Shown: positions 48,597 to 60,673 of the stretch, piece by piece | How the letters are laid out: each line of letters opens with the position of its first letter | Numbering within the stretch: the stretch's first letter is position 1 | From: Mobula hypostoma | Lineage: Eukaryota | Assembly (NCBI RefSeq): GCF_963921235.1 | Contig: NC_086107.1 | Coordinates: 96,040,001 to 96,104,000, forward strand | DNA: 64,000 bases | Direction of reading: 5' to 3' | Position numbers and translations under genes: made by a program | Notes under the pieces: generated by a model | What the model was told of the DNA's origin: nothing | Databases searched by the model: none | What the model saw: only the letters and a program-made list of their open reading frames with translations

Positions 48597-50921
48597 CTAT
48601 TTAAAAATTGCATAACAGTAGTATTACCATAAAGGATTCAGAGGTATAAAGTTGAGAATAAAAATTCCTGAATGTATCATTAATTTCAGAATGGTCCATA
48701 GTAATATTCCCATTACTCATTCAAATTTTAGTGATGTGTTGTTTTGCTTTAGAACGTCTAAGTTGGTTAACTAAGGACGTAGCAGATTTATCCCCGTGAA
48801 TATAGAACTTACTTTTACTGCCCAAAAGTTGGCGTTCAACCGGGTAAGTAGAAATAAAATTAAATTTAGTTTGAAGTTCCATTCTTATACAACTCTGGAT
48901 CCTTGACCTGGGCATATAATTGGTCTATGGCTTTAATCTGATTGATCAATTCTAAATGTTCTTTTTGAGTCTTTCTTTTCAAATTTGCTGTATAAGAAAT
49001 TGTTTGACCTCTTAGATATGCTTCCATTGCATCCCAAACAACCTGACTTGAGGTTTCAGGTAATGTATTAGTATTTAAGAAGAAAATTATCTGATCCTCC
49101 ATAAATTTTACAAAGTCGTTATCCGACAACAAGATCGGATTAAAACGCCAGTGTTTATTTACTTGAGGGAGACCAGGAAAAACTATAAACAATGTAAATG
49201 GGGCATGATCTGAAATCAATATACTCTTATAGTCACAGGAACGGACAGATGGAATCAACTGATTATCAATTAAAAAATAATCGATTCTAGTAAATGTATG
49301 GTGTACTTGTGAGAAAAAAAGAGTAATCTTTTTCATATGGATGAAAAAAATGCCAAGTATCAGATACTCCATAATTGGAAAGAGAAGATTGAATTGATAA
49401 AGCAGATTTACTTAATTGTCTAGGGATAGAAGAAGATCTGTCCAAGACTGGATCCAACCAACAATTGAAGTCACCACCCAGTATAAGAGTATGAGCTTGG
49501 TTCTGGCAATGAAGAAAAAAAATGGTTTAAAAACCCTACATCATCCAAGTTAGGAGCATAAAGGTTGGCTAAAACTACCCGTATATTATTAAGTTTCCCC
49601 GAAACAATAATAAAATGACCATTAGGATCAGATATCTTATTATGAAGCTCGAAAGGAACATTTTTGTTTATAAGAATTGAAACGCCCCTCACCTTGGCTT
49701 GAAAAGTTGAATGAAAATGTCGTCCTGCCCATAAGACAAGAATTATCTGAGTAATGAATATGTATTTCTTGTAAAAAAAACACTACCTCTGCTCTAAGCT
49801 GTTTAAGATGTGCGAACACCCTTCCCCTTTTAACTGGATGATTCAAATCCCTAACATTCCAGCTTACAAAGTTCAACAGACTAACCATTGGACATTTAAA
49901 AAAAAGGAGAACAGGCATTAAACCATACCTGAAATTTATATGTCAACTCTGGGGCAAAGGTATAGAAGAAAAAATTACATCCTATATAGTGCAAATATGC
50001 CAAAATTCCATATATAATATTAGCATTGGAGTTTCCACCCACACCCTCTAAACCTACAGCAAGAAAGCTGCAAATATAAAGCAGCAAGCTCTCCCCTAGA
50101 AAAACTAACCCCCTATTGAACTTCCAGTTAGGTAACATCTTAGTTATCTCCACTCCAACAGTTAATACAGTAATGAAAAACACCAAAAAGCTTTAAGAAT
50201 TGTAGACTAAAATTAACCTTAATAAGAAAAACAATACATTCAAAGTTTATGAATCTTAAATATGATAATTATCTAAAAAGAACTTTACCCCAACCTACCA
50301 GCTAGAATTGATAAACGAAAAAAGATAATCTGTAAACCCAATTATATAGAAAAAAAGCTTTAACATCCAAGTAAGTAATCCATCTGAATCATAAAAATAA
50401 GAAAAACATAAATAGCATCTTGAAACACAGGGGAAAAAAAAGCCAAAGGAAGATCCATTCGAAAGGATTTTTGATCCAAACCCGAAACTGAATTTAAAGG
50501 TACAGCATCAACTGCTGTTTAAAGTTAAAATAATCTAACTGGAGAGAAAAAAAAGTTCATTAAATTTTAAAGAACTAAAATTATGAAAGATAGAAACTAA
50601 TATTGAGAAAATGGGAAAAAAACACTTCAATAGGACAATGCAACATAATTAAGCCACTAATTAATTAAATGCAACATCAGCTTCATTTAAAAATTTTTTT
50701 AAATCTAGATTTTTAGAAAATGGAGACTGAAGTCTGGAAAAAAAACAGGAAACAATCCAAAGGAGATGTCACTTCATGAATCGATAACAATTTCTTAATG
50801 CGACACCGACTCCATTTTGAAATGAAATCTCCAAAGACCTTTAAAAGGTGTCTAATTACATAATTTCACAATCAGCTCTATTTAAGAAAAGTGAAAATGT
50901 CCGTACTGAAAAATAGAAATC

Positions 50922-53900
50922 TGTAGCGATGTGCTACACACAGCGCTAGAATAACCACACGGAGTCGGTGAGTTAGAGTTGCGATGAAAGAGATTTATTC
51001 AAACTTCGCGGCCTGCTTTAAAGCCTTCCCGTTCCCGCCCTCCCTGGGCGGGACTACTGTGGGGAATGCATATTCCCAGACCCTTTCCACGCGGGACTTT
51101 CCCCCTGCTGGTGAAGATGGCCTGGCACCCTTTTTGCTGCCGGCCCTCTGCCTGCGCGCGCTGTTTCGAGAGCCGGTTCGTGGGTGCCAGAAAGTGGGTC
51201 GCCACATAACCCCCCCCCAGAACTGGCGATACCTCCCCCAATGTCCACAGTCTGGATCGGTCTCTGTTTGGGAGGTCTGCCCCTGCGCCGCGGTGCCTGA
51301 GCCTGGACCGGTTGCGCCAAGTCCACATGGGCCGGTTTGAGTCGGTCCACCGTGAAAACCTTCTCTCTCCCCCCAATGTCCAGCACGAACGTGGACCCGT
51401 TGTTCCTGATCACCTTAAACGGCCCCTCGTAGGGCCGCTGTAGCGGTGCCCGGTGTCCGCCCCGTCGTACAAAAAGAAACTTACAGTTCTGCAGGTCTTT
51501 GGGTACGCAGGTCAGGCTCTGTCCGTGCTGTGAAGTGGGTATGGGGGCCAGGTTACCGAGCCTCTCCCGTAGTCTGTCCAGGACTGCTGTGGGTTCTTCC
51601 TCTTGCCCCCTTGGGGCTGGTATGAACTCTCCTGGGACGACCAGGGGTGCGCCGTACACCAACTCGGCTGACGAGGTGTGTAGATCCTCTTTGGGCGCCG
51701 TGCGGATTCCGAGCAGGACCCAGGGAAGTTCGTCCACCCAGTTAGGCCCCTCCAGGCAGGCCATGAGAGCCGATTTCAGGTGACGGTGGAAGCGCTCCAC
51801 TAGTCCGTTCGACTGTGGGTGGTAGGCAGTTGTGTGGTGTAGCTGTGTTCCTAAAAGTCTGGCCATAGCCGATCACAGGCTGGAGGTGAACTGGGCGCCC
51901 CTGTCGGAGGTAATGTGGGCCGGTACCCCAAAGCGTGCTACCCAGGTTGCGATCAGTGCTCGGGCGCAGGATTCGGAGGTGGTGTCGCTGAGCGGGACTG
52001 CCTCTGGCCATCTGGTGAACCGGTCTATCATAGTTAGGAGGTACCGCGCTCCTCGTGACACTGGCAGGGGCCCCACGATATCCACATGGATGTGGTCGAA
52101 CCTCCGGCGGGTGGGTTCGAACCGCTGCGGTGGAGCCTTGGTGTGCCGCTGCACCTTGGCCGTTTGGCACTGCATACACGTTTTGGCCCATTCACTGACC
52201 TGTTTATGAAGTCCATGCCACACGAACCTGTTGGAGACCAGCCGGACAGTTGTCCTGATGGAGGGGTGCGCTAAGTTGTGAATGGATTTGAACACCCGCC
52301 GGCGCCAGGCTGCTGGGACGACGGGGCGGGGTTGGCCAGTAGCTACGTCACATAGTAGGGTCCTCTCACCTGGGCCTACGGGGAGGTCTTGGAGCTGCAA
52401 ACCGGAGACTGCAGTCCTGTAACTGGGGATCTCAGCGTCTGCCTGCTGTGCCTCTGCCAGCGCTGCATAGTCCACCTCCTGGGACAGGGCCTGTATGGTA
52501 GGTCTGGAAAGTGCGTCTGCCACGACATTGTTCTTTCCAGAGACATGCCGGATGTCCATCGTGTACTCGGAGATGTAGGACAGATGTCGCTGCTGGCGGG
52601 ACGACCAGGGGTCGGACACCTTAGTGAACGCAAAGGTAAGCGGTTTGTGGTCTGTGAACGCGGTGAAGGGCCTACCTTCTAAGAAGTACCTGAAATGCCG
52701 GATTGCCAGGTATAGTGCCAATAGCTCCCGGTCGAAAGCACTGTATTTGAGTTCGGGTGGTCGTAGGTGTTTGCTGAAGAACGCCAGGGGTTGCCAGCGA
52801 CACTCGATGAGTTGTTCCAGCACTCCACCGACTGCTGTGTTGGATGCGTCCACCGTGAGGGCAGTAGGAACGTCCGTTCTGGGGTGCACTAGCATCGCGG
52901 CGTTTGCCAAGGCTTCTTTGGTTTTAACGAAAGCAGTTGCGGCCTCTTCGTTCCAGGTAATGTCCTTGCCCTTACCCGACATTAGAGTGAACAAGGGGCG
53001 CATGGTTCAGGCTGCTGAGAGGAGGAAACAGTGGTAGAAATTCACTATACCTACGAATTCCTGCAAGCCTTTGATTGTGTTGGGTCGGGGGAAGTGGCGG
53101 ACCGCGTCTACCTTGGCGGGCAGCGGGGTTGCCCCGTCTTTGGCCCAGGAAGTCGATGGTGTCGAGTCCGAACTGGCATTTGGCTGGATTGATTGTAAGG
53201 CCGAATTCACTCAGGCGGGAGTAGAGCTGGCGGAGGTGGGACAGATGCTCCTGCCGACTACTGCTGGCTATGAGGATGTCGTCCAAATAGATGAATGCAA
53301 AGTCCAGGTCGCGTCCCACCGCGTCCATTAGCCGCTGGGAAGTCTGTGCGGCATTCTTTAGACCAAACGGCATTCGGAGGAATTCGAAAAGTCCGAACGG
53401 GGTGATAAGTGCTGTTTTGGGGATGTCGTCCGGATGTACAGGGATTTGATGGTATCCCCGGACGAGATCTACCTTGGAAAAGATCCTTGCGCCGTGTAGG
53501 TTTGCTGCAAAGTCTTGAATGTGCGGCACAGGGTAGCGGTCTGGCGTTGTAGCCTCGTTCAGTCTGCAGTAGTCACCGCATGGTCTCCAGCCCCCCCGTT
53601 GCCTTGGGCACCATGTGAAGTGGGGAGGCCCATGGGCTGTCGGACCGTCGTATGATCCCTAATTCCTCCATCTTCTTGAACTCCTCCTTCGCCAGTCGGA
53701 GCTTGTCCGGGGGAAGCCTTCGAGCACGGGCATGGAGGGGTGGTCCCTGGGTCGGGATGTGGTGCTGTACTCCGTGTCTGGGCATGGCTGCTGTGAACTG
53801 CGGTGTCAGTACTGATGGGAAATCCACCAGGACCCTGGTGAATTCATCGTCAGACAGCGTGATGGAGTCCAGGTGTGGGGCTGGCAACTGTGCTTCACCC

Positions 53901-55222
53901 AGGGAGAACGTTTGAAAAGTCTTGGCGTGGACTAATCGCTTCCCTTGCAAGTCAACCAGCAGGCTGTGGGCTCGTAGAAAATCTGCCCCCAGCAGTGGTT
54001 GGGCCACGGCGGCCAGTGTGAAGTCCCACGTGAACCGGCTGGAGCTGAACTGTAGCCGCACCGTGCGGGTGCCGTAGGTTTGTATTGTGCTGCCATTAGT
54101 GGCCCTCAGGGTGGGTCCCGGTTCTCTGTTGTGGGTGTCGTAACTCGTTGGAGGTAAGACGCTGATCTCCGCTCCGGTGTCGACCAAAAAGCGGCGTCCC
54201 GACTGCTTGTCCCAGACGTACAGGAGGCTGTCCTGATGGCCAGCCGCCGTAGCCATCAGCGGCGGCTGGCCCTGGCGTTTCCCGGGAATTTGCAGGGCGG
54301 TCTGCAGCGGCGGGCCTCCGTGCCCCACCGCTGGTGGTAGAAACACCATTGTTCGTTGGGCTCGCGGCTTGGTGATCTGTGCGACGGATGCCCCTCTCTC
54401 TTTCCTGGCATTCCACAGCACATCTGCTCGGGCCGCCACCTCCCGGGGTTGCTGAAATCTGCGTCGGACAGCAGCAGGCGTATGTCCTCGGGCAGTTGCT
54501 CTAGGAACGCCTGCTCAAACATGAGGCAGGGTTTGTGTCCTTCAGCCAGGGCCAGCATCTCGTTCATTAATGCTGACGGCGGCCTGTCTCCCAAACCATC
54601 CAGGTGCATTAAGCGGCGTGCTCGATCGCGCCGTGAGAGTCCGAAAGTCCTTATGAGCAGGGCTTTGAATGCTGTGTATTTGCCGTCCTTCGGGGGCGAC
54701 TGTATATTAAACTCCTCAACTTGTGCAGCAGTCTCCTGGTCGAGGGAGCTCAGCACGTAGTAGTAGCGAGTGGACTCCGAGGTTATCTGCCGAATGTGGA
54801 ATTGTGCTTCTGCTTGTTTGAACCATAAATGGGGTCGCAGCGTCCAGAAGCTTGGCAGTTTTAATGAAACTGCGTGAACAGATGCAGCGTCGGTCATCTC
54901 TGGTCCAAATATCGTTTGGGCCGTTGGGGTCACCAATTGTAGCGATGTGCTACACACAGCGCTAGAATAACCACACGGAGTCGGTGAGTTAGAGTTGCGA
55001 TGAAAGAGATTTATTCAAACTTCGCGGCCCGCTTTAAAGCCTTCCCGTTCCCGCCCTCCCTGGGCGGGACTACTGTGGGGAATGCATATTCCCAGACCCT
55101 TTCCGCGCAGGATTTTCCCCCTGCTGGTGAAGATGGCCTGGCGCCCTTTTTGCTGCCGGCCCTCTGCCTGCGCGCGCTGTTTCGTGAGCCGGTTCGTGGG
55201 TGCCAGAAAGTGGGTCGCCACA
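50922..55222 (-). mobile_element. Full-length Gypsy LTR retrotransposon (gag-PR-RT-RH-IN), with frameshifts and stops
   Basis: 285-bp LTRs at 50922-51206 and 54938-55222 (about 6 differences by eye); TSD aatc; tRNA-Trp PBS; G-rich PPT. Motifs LVDTGAEIS, YLDD, TVDASN, TDHKPL, HNLAH..CMQC, SDRG, NGLVERFH, YEGPF. Confidence 0.97.
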
Positions 55223-55340
55223 AATCCATCATATTGAAATATATTGAATTAAATTGATAATAAAAAGATAAAGATTAGAATATTAGAAGAAAATAATAAA
55301 GGAAATAACTGTAATCTAAAAAGGCTGAAAAGAAAAAATA

Positions 55341-56144
55341 TCATATCATATCTGAGGAACTCGAAGTAGCAGATAGGCTACCAATGAAGGTCTGCGCCTC
55401 TGCAACCAAATGGAAACGTTTAAAATCGCCGTTCTCCAGCTTGATTCTGAGCCGGGCTGGATAGACAAGAGAAGGATGAAGTCCACTATTGTAAAAAGCT
55501 TTCATTACTCCTCTGTACTCAGCGTGTTGACTGATAACTTGAGGTGCATAGTCCTCTACTAAATGGATAGCTTGACCTTTATATTGAAGCGTTTTACGTC
55601 GGTGAGCTTCCTTAATTAGTAAATCCTTGATTTGGTAATGATGGAGGCGAATTACCACTGGACATGGTCTCTGGCCGTCCACTGGGCGAGATGTAAAGAT
55701 ACGATGCGCTCGATCGATCTCTGGAGGACTGGAAAGTATTTCACTTCCAAAAATCGCACATAGAAAGTTCGAGAAAAATTCAACAGGAGATCCACTTTCA
55801 ACAGCCTCCGGCAAACCGAGAATTCGAAGATCTTTGCGTCTACTCCTGCTTTCAAGATCCATAACTTTAAGAGTTAACTTGCTATTGTACTCTTTTAGGG
55901 TAGAGCAAACTTTTTCCAGCTCTTTACAATGACGATCTAACTTCTCCATAACTTCTTCAACATGTGATAAACATTGAGTGTGATTCTCCAGTGTAGAGTT
56001 AAGTTTATCCAGTTTCAATTCCAACGAACCAAGTTGGGAAAACATATCCTTTCGGGTTTGTTCTAACAGCAACACAATTTCACTCAAGGCAGCTCCCGAT
56101 GGAATGTCTTTTTTTGCCGATTTAGTAGTCTTAGGTATACTCAA
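55341..56144 (-). CDS. L1 ORF1 protein (coiled coil-RRM-CTD), open frame of 267 aa, start codon uncertain
   Basis: Uninterrupted frame with L1 ORF1 motifs. Confidence 0.75.
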   Translation of the reverse strand: MSIPKTTKSAKKDIPSGAALSEIVLLLEQTRKDMFSQLGSLELKLDKLNSTLENHTQCLSHVEEVMEKLDRHCKELEKVCSTLKEYNSKLTLKVMDLESRSRRKDLRILGLPEAVESGSPVEFFSNFLCAIFGSEILSSPPEIDRAHRIFTSRPVDGQRPCPVVIRLHHYQIKDLLIKEAHRRKTLQYKGQAIHLVEDYAPQVISQHAEYRGVMKAFYNSGLHPSLVYPARLRIKLENGDFKRFHLVAEAQTFIGSLSATSSSSDMI

Positions 56145-56270
56145 TGTGCAGCCAGCAGATTCAATAGCGGGAGGAAGAGTAAGAAGTAAAATAAAAGAAA
56201 GCAGGTATATGAAATGGAGTGGAGCAATATTTTTAGTGACTTAAGCTATCTCCATCTTAACTGGAAGTCC

Positions 56271-56460
56271 ATGTCCACTCTATCTATGCCTCTCATAATC
56301 TTGTAAACCTCTGTCAGATCTCCCCTCGGCCTCCGACACTCCAGAGAAAACAACCCAAGTTTATCCAGCCGCTTGTGATAGCACATGCCCTCTAAACCAA
56401 GCAGCATTCTGGTGAATCACATCTGCCAACTCTCCAAAGCCTCAACATCCTTCCTATAGT
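56271..56460 (-). mobile_element. CR1 ORF2 C-terminal fragment
   Basis: Reverse complement reads YRKDVEALE..RMLLGLEGMCY..GLFSLE..RGDLTEVYKIMRGIDRVD. Confidence 0.85.
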
Positions 56461-56975
56461 TCATGCAAATCACTGCACTGGGCCACAACATGTCCTGTCT
56501 TGTTGCAGTTCTGGCACACCCTGCATACACCCTGTAACCACAGTTCCCGTCAATGGTGAGTACTTGAGGGAGGATGGATGACGGAGCCTCAGCCTGACCT
56601 CGACCTGGAGCTTGCTTGTCTAAATCCCAAGCATGTTCTTAATGTCCACACAGTTTCCTGTGCCCTCTCCATAACAGGCAAGAAAGGCGAGATGTCCACA
56701 ACGGGCATATATGGGTTGGACATGTGCACTGTTATTACATGCTTCTGGTTAAGGATGTGAAAAGGGGCTGCATCTTCAGTGGTGTCTCATTCCCCTTCTT
56801 GTGAAGATCCTGCAAGAACTCTGTCATCCCAATAGGTACTTGAATATTACATCGAAGAAGCCACTGAAATATTGAACACAGTAAATATCCTTTCCTTCAC
56901 CTCAAACTTGCAGCAGTTGAGTAAAACCTTCCATATGAAGCGCACCCTGTTGTCGTGTTGGTGGTGTGATGGGGG
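56461..56975 (-). mobile_element. Degraded Tx1-type (ZCCHC3-like) ORF1 relic
   Basis: Minus-strand pieces DIYCVQYFSGFFDV, ITVHMSNPYMPVVDI, MLGI*TSK and CQNCNKTGHVVAQC. Confidence 0.7.
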
Positions 56976-57779
56976 TGGGGTGGACATTGCTCACTGGTTC
57001 TTCTTCCTCCTTCACTGGCTGACCAGCACCATGCACCTCTCTGAGACTGGAGTATGCCAGACGAAGCTCTTCTCTGGGACTCCTGGAGCTTTCGGTGTGG
57101 TGGCTCCTGTACTGCTCCCAGTCTTCGGGAGCTGGGGAGAGTGGTGGGGGAACACAGGCCTCTAAACGACTGCTGGCTTCCTGGAGGTGATTTTGACTGG
57201 GTGTCCTGCTTCTGCTCTCAGTCTCTTGAGCTGGAGGTTAGTCAGCAGAACTCCATTCCCATCAGTTTTTTTCTCTGCTATATGCTGCTTCTGATAGTTT
57301 AACACACTTGTTTCATCTTCCGGCAAAGATAGGTTACAGACAGCTGTTTGTTGCCCTGCCCTTTTCTTCCCCCCATTGTCTCTTGGCTGGTGTCTTCTGA
57401 GACATCTTCCTCTTCACCATCTGCCATTGTTCCTGCCCCTCTGCCTGCCCCTCCTTCATCGACGACGACTCCTGTAGAGGCCGAGGGATTTTGGGTGGGG
57501 AGGTGGGACTTTGAGGTGGCTGGCCCTGTCAGGGTCACTAGTGAACTGAAGTTCAGGAATCACAGAGACTTTGACAATTCAAACAAGGCAAAAGATTTAT
57601 TACAGAAATTAACCAGCAAAACTAACAAGAACTTTGGCAAACCGTGCAGAATCTTGAAGAGCTGACATCACTCATGATACTCAGAAGAATTGATATGCCC
57701 CCCTGAAATACATCCTGGAGTGCTTAGGAAGTCAGGACTAATCAGACAGTCTCACTGTCCAGATGAAGCAACCACGCCG

Positions 57780-59210
57780 GGGGAAGGAGCTGTTACCCAG
57801 TCTGGCAGTCCTAGTCCAGATGCTTCTGTACCTCCTTCCTCACGGTACTGGATCACAGAGATTGTGGGATGGGTGGTTGGAATCTCAACAATGCTATGGG
57901 CCCTTCATCTGCAACGCTTCCTAGTAAATGTCCCAGAAGGGATAAGGGAGATCCTTCCAGCAGTTTTTACTGTCCTCTGTAGGGTCTTGTGGTCTGATGC
58001 CATGCAGCCTCTGTGCCACATAATGAGGCAGTCAGACAGGACACTCAGTGGAGCTTCTTTAGAAAGTTGATTCGGGGTGGAAAACTTTGTACACCTTAAT
58101 CTCCTCAGAATGTGTAGATGCTGCTCTGCCTACTTGACTAGTGAAGAAGTGTTGAGAGTCCAGGTTAGATCATCTGTTACGTGCACACCAAGGAATTTTG
58201 TGCTGTTCACTCTCTCCATGGCAGAGCCATTGACTGATGTGCAATGGAGAGTGGTTGACCTGTGCCTTCCTGAAGTCCACGGTTATCTGTTTTGTCCATG
58301 TTGGGACACAGGTTATTGTTCCCACACCATTTGACAAGCCTCTGTATCTCCCGTCTGTATGCTGACTCTTCACTGTTGCTGATGAGGTCAACCTCTGTTG
58401 TATCATCAGCAAGCAATGCAATTTGAGCTGAATCTGGCAGTGCAGTTGTGAGTCAGCAGCGTGAAGAGCAGTGGGCTGAGCACACAGCCCTGGGAGGCAC
58501 CAGTCTCAGATTGCTGGAGCTTGAGACTTTGCTGCCAACACGGACGACTGGGGTCATTTAAAGAGAGTGGTGCTGAGTACCAACGAGGGCAGTTTACCCA
58601 CCAGCCTCTGAGGGATGATCATGATAAATGCTGAGCTGAGTTAATGATGCATCCTGACATATGAGGCATCGTTTTCTAGGTGGGACAGGACATAGTGAAG
58701 GGCTGAGGCTATGGCATCATCAGTTCGAACAGTAAGTGAACTGGAGAGGGTCCAACATAGCTGAAAGGTGGCATTTTATATGATCCATAACCAGCCACTC
58801 AAAAAGTATTTCCCGATTGTTAAGTCATTGCCACTGGGCAGTAAACGTTTAGGCCAGTTACTGTTGCTCTCTCGGGCAGTGGAATGATAGTGGCAGCCTT
58901 GCAGTCTGCAGGGACAGTTGTGTGTATCAAAGAGATGTCAAAGATATCTGTTAAGACCTCTGTTAGTTCATCTGCACAGTCCCTCAGCACTGGACCAGGT
59001 ATGTTGCCCGGCCCCACAGCTTTGCTTAGATTTACCCTGGTTAGGATCCTTGCCTCAGCTGTGGCCAGAGAGGGTGTCTGTTCCTCGGGGAGAGGGGGCT
59101 TTCCTCAATGCTACATCTTTGAATACATCAAATCTTGCGTAGAAGGCATTCAGTCAGTCAGAAAGCAAAGAGTCACTGTTGTTGACATGCAGGGTAGACT
59201 TGAAATCTGA
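57780..59210 (-). mobile_element. Rex1/Babar-like LINE RT fragment, degraded
   Basis: GPGNIPGPVLRDCADELTEVLTDIF..KAATIIPLP; ADDTTEVDLISNSEESAYRREIQRLVKWC; ITVDFRK. Confidence 0.8.
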
Positions 59211-59299
59211 TATGGCCGTTTTTCGGTAGTGCAATCGCAGTCAAATTGGTGCAGGATGCCTGATGCAGGTGGGAGAGCGAGAGATTTAAATAAAGGAAC

Positions 59300-60395
59300 C
59301 TTTGTAGGATTTTATTGTACTTTCCTTAGCATCACAGTCAAATCAGTGCAGGAGGCTTCATGCAGGTCGGAGTGCAAGAGATTTAAATACAGGAACTTTC
59401 GTGGGACTTTTTGTTTTCCTTGGCGTTGGGTCGATTTGGTGTAGGAGGGCCTCACAGTTCAGCAAATTCAAACAAAAATAAGGCAGGGACAAGCAGAACA
59501 GCCATTGTGTGAGTAGACCAGAGTTAGAGTGGGGAGGCTTTGGCTCATCAGGCTTGGGCAAAGTATGTATCTGGTAAGCTTATTCTATTCATTCTTCATT
59601 CTTTATATTTTAATACATAGAGCTGTGAGGATGTCTTCGAGTGCTGTGTTATGTTCTTTGTGTGAGATCTGGAAATTCTAGAATACCTCCAACCTCCCAG
59701 ATTAACACAGCTGCACCGGGCGCACTGAGCTGCAGCTCCTCGGAGAACGTACTATGGAACTGGAACTGCAGCTCCTCAGAGGATGTGTTGGGGAAGTGGA
59801 ACTGCAGCTAGATAATCTTCAGCTCATACGGGAATCTTTGGCTTATACGGGCTCATCTAGTGCTGTAGCTCAGAAGGGAAGGGTGGGGGAGAAGAAGACT
59901 GTAGTGATAGGGGATTCCATAGAGTAGATTCTGTGGACATGATAGACACACCCAGATTGTATGTTGTGTCCCAGGTGTTAGGGACATGGACATCTTGGAT
60001 TGGGTCCACAACATTCTAGGGAGGCTGATTAGCCAGAAGTTTTCTTATATATCTATCTATCTATCTTCTTTATTTATGGAGATGCATGGCAGAATAGGCC
60101 TTCCCAACCCTTCCAGCTGCGCTACCCAGCCACCTTTAATTTAATCCTAGCCTAACCACTGGACAATTTACAATCACCAAAAACAACCTATGTCTTTGGA
60201 CTGTGGGAGGAAACCAAAGCACCTGGAGGAAACCCATGCGGTCATGGGGTGAATGTACAAACTCCTTACAGACCGTGGTGGGAATTGAACCTAGGTCACT
60301 GGTACTGTGAAGTGTTATGCTAACCACTGTGTTACCATGTATTGGTACCAATGACTTAGATAGGAAAGGTGAGGAGGTCCTGAGGAAAGAATTCT
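59300..60395 (+). mobile_element. Old CR1 5'/ORF1 fragment
   Basis: CSLCEIW.., VIGDSI and IGTNDLDRK remnants homologous to 31848-32500. Confidence 0.7.
60065..60338 (-). mobile_element. tRNA-derived V-SINE (HE1-like)
   Basis: Minus strand: A box cagtggttagc, B box ggttcaattcc, and V-domain-like gggtttcctccaggtgctttggttttcctcccacagtccaaagac. Confidence 0.75.
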
Positions 60396-60673
60396 CATTA
60401 AAATTAATTTACATGTCTGTGGTGTGGGTGTGAAGAGGGAGGTGTAAAGATTGTGCTTAGGTCAAAGGAAGCATTGTGGATGCATTGTAAACAAGGAATT
60501 GTCCTTTGATGTTCAACAGATAAAATGTCATGTAGTATTGGGTCAAGCAAGCCTCTTCCTGCAAAAGGGTTTCAATATGATGCTGCAGTGTCTCCTTTTG
60601 TTGAAAAAAGAAACTACCTCATATCTGCCAGCTAAGTCTCTCCAGCGACTTTTGGGGCCTTGTCCAAGGATAC

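Larger units (their letters stand above)
47863..56270 (-). mobile_element. L1 5' half (ORF1 55341-56144 open, spacer, ORF2 endonuclease region), interrupted twice
   Basis: ORF1 DLESRSRRKDLRILGLPE..IDRAHR..LVEDY..YPARLRI; endonuclease VSWNVRDLN, NLYAPN, RIDYFL, SDHAP; 5' end ggacttccagttaagatgg. Confidence 0.9.

Noticed and set aside
56461..56975. Host ZCCHC3-like gene
   Set aside because: Multiple stops and frameshifts amid TE debris; better explained as a Tx1 ORF1 relic.
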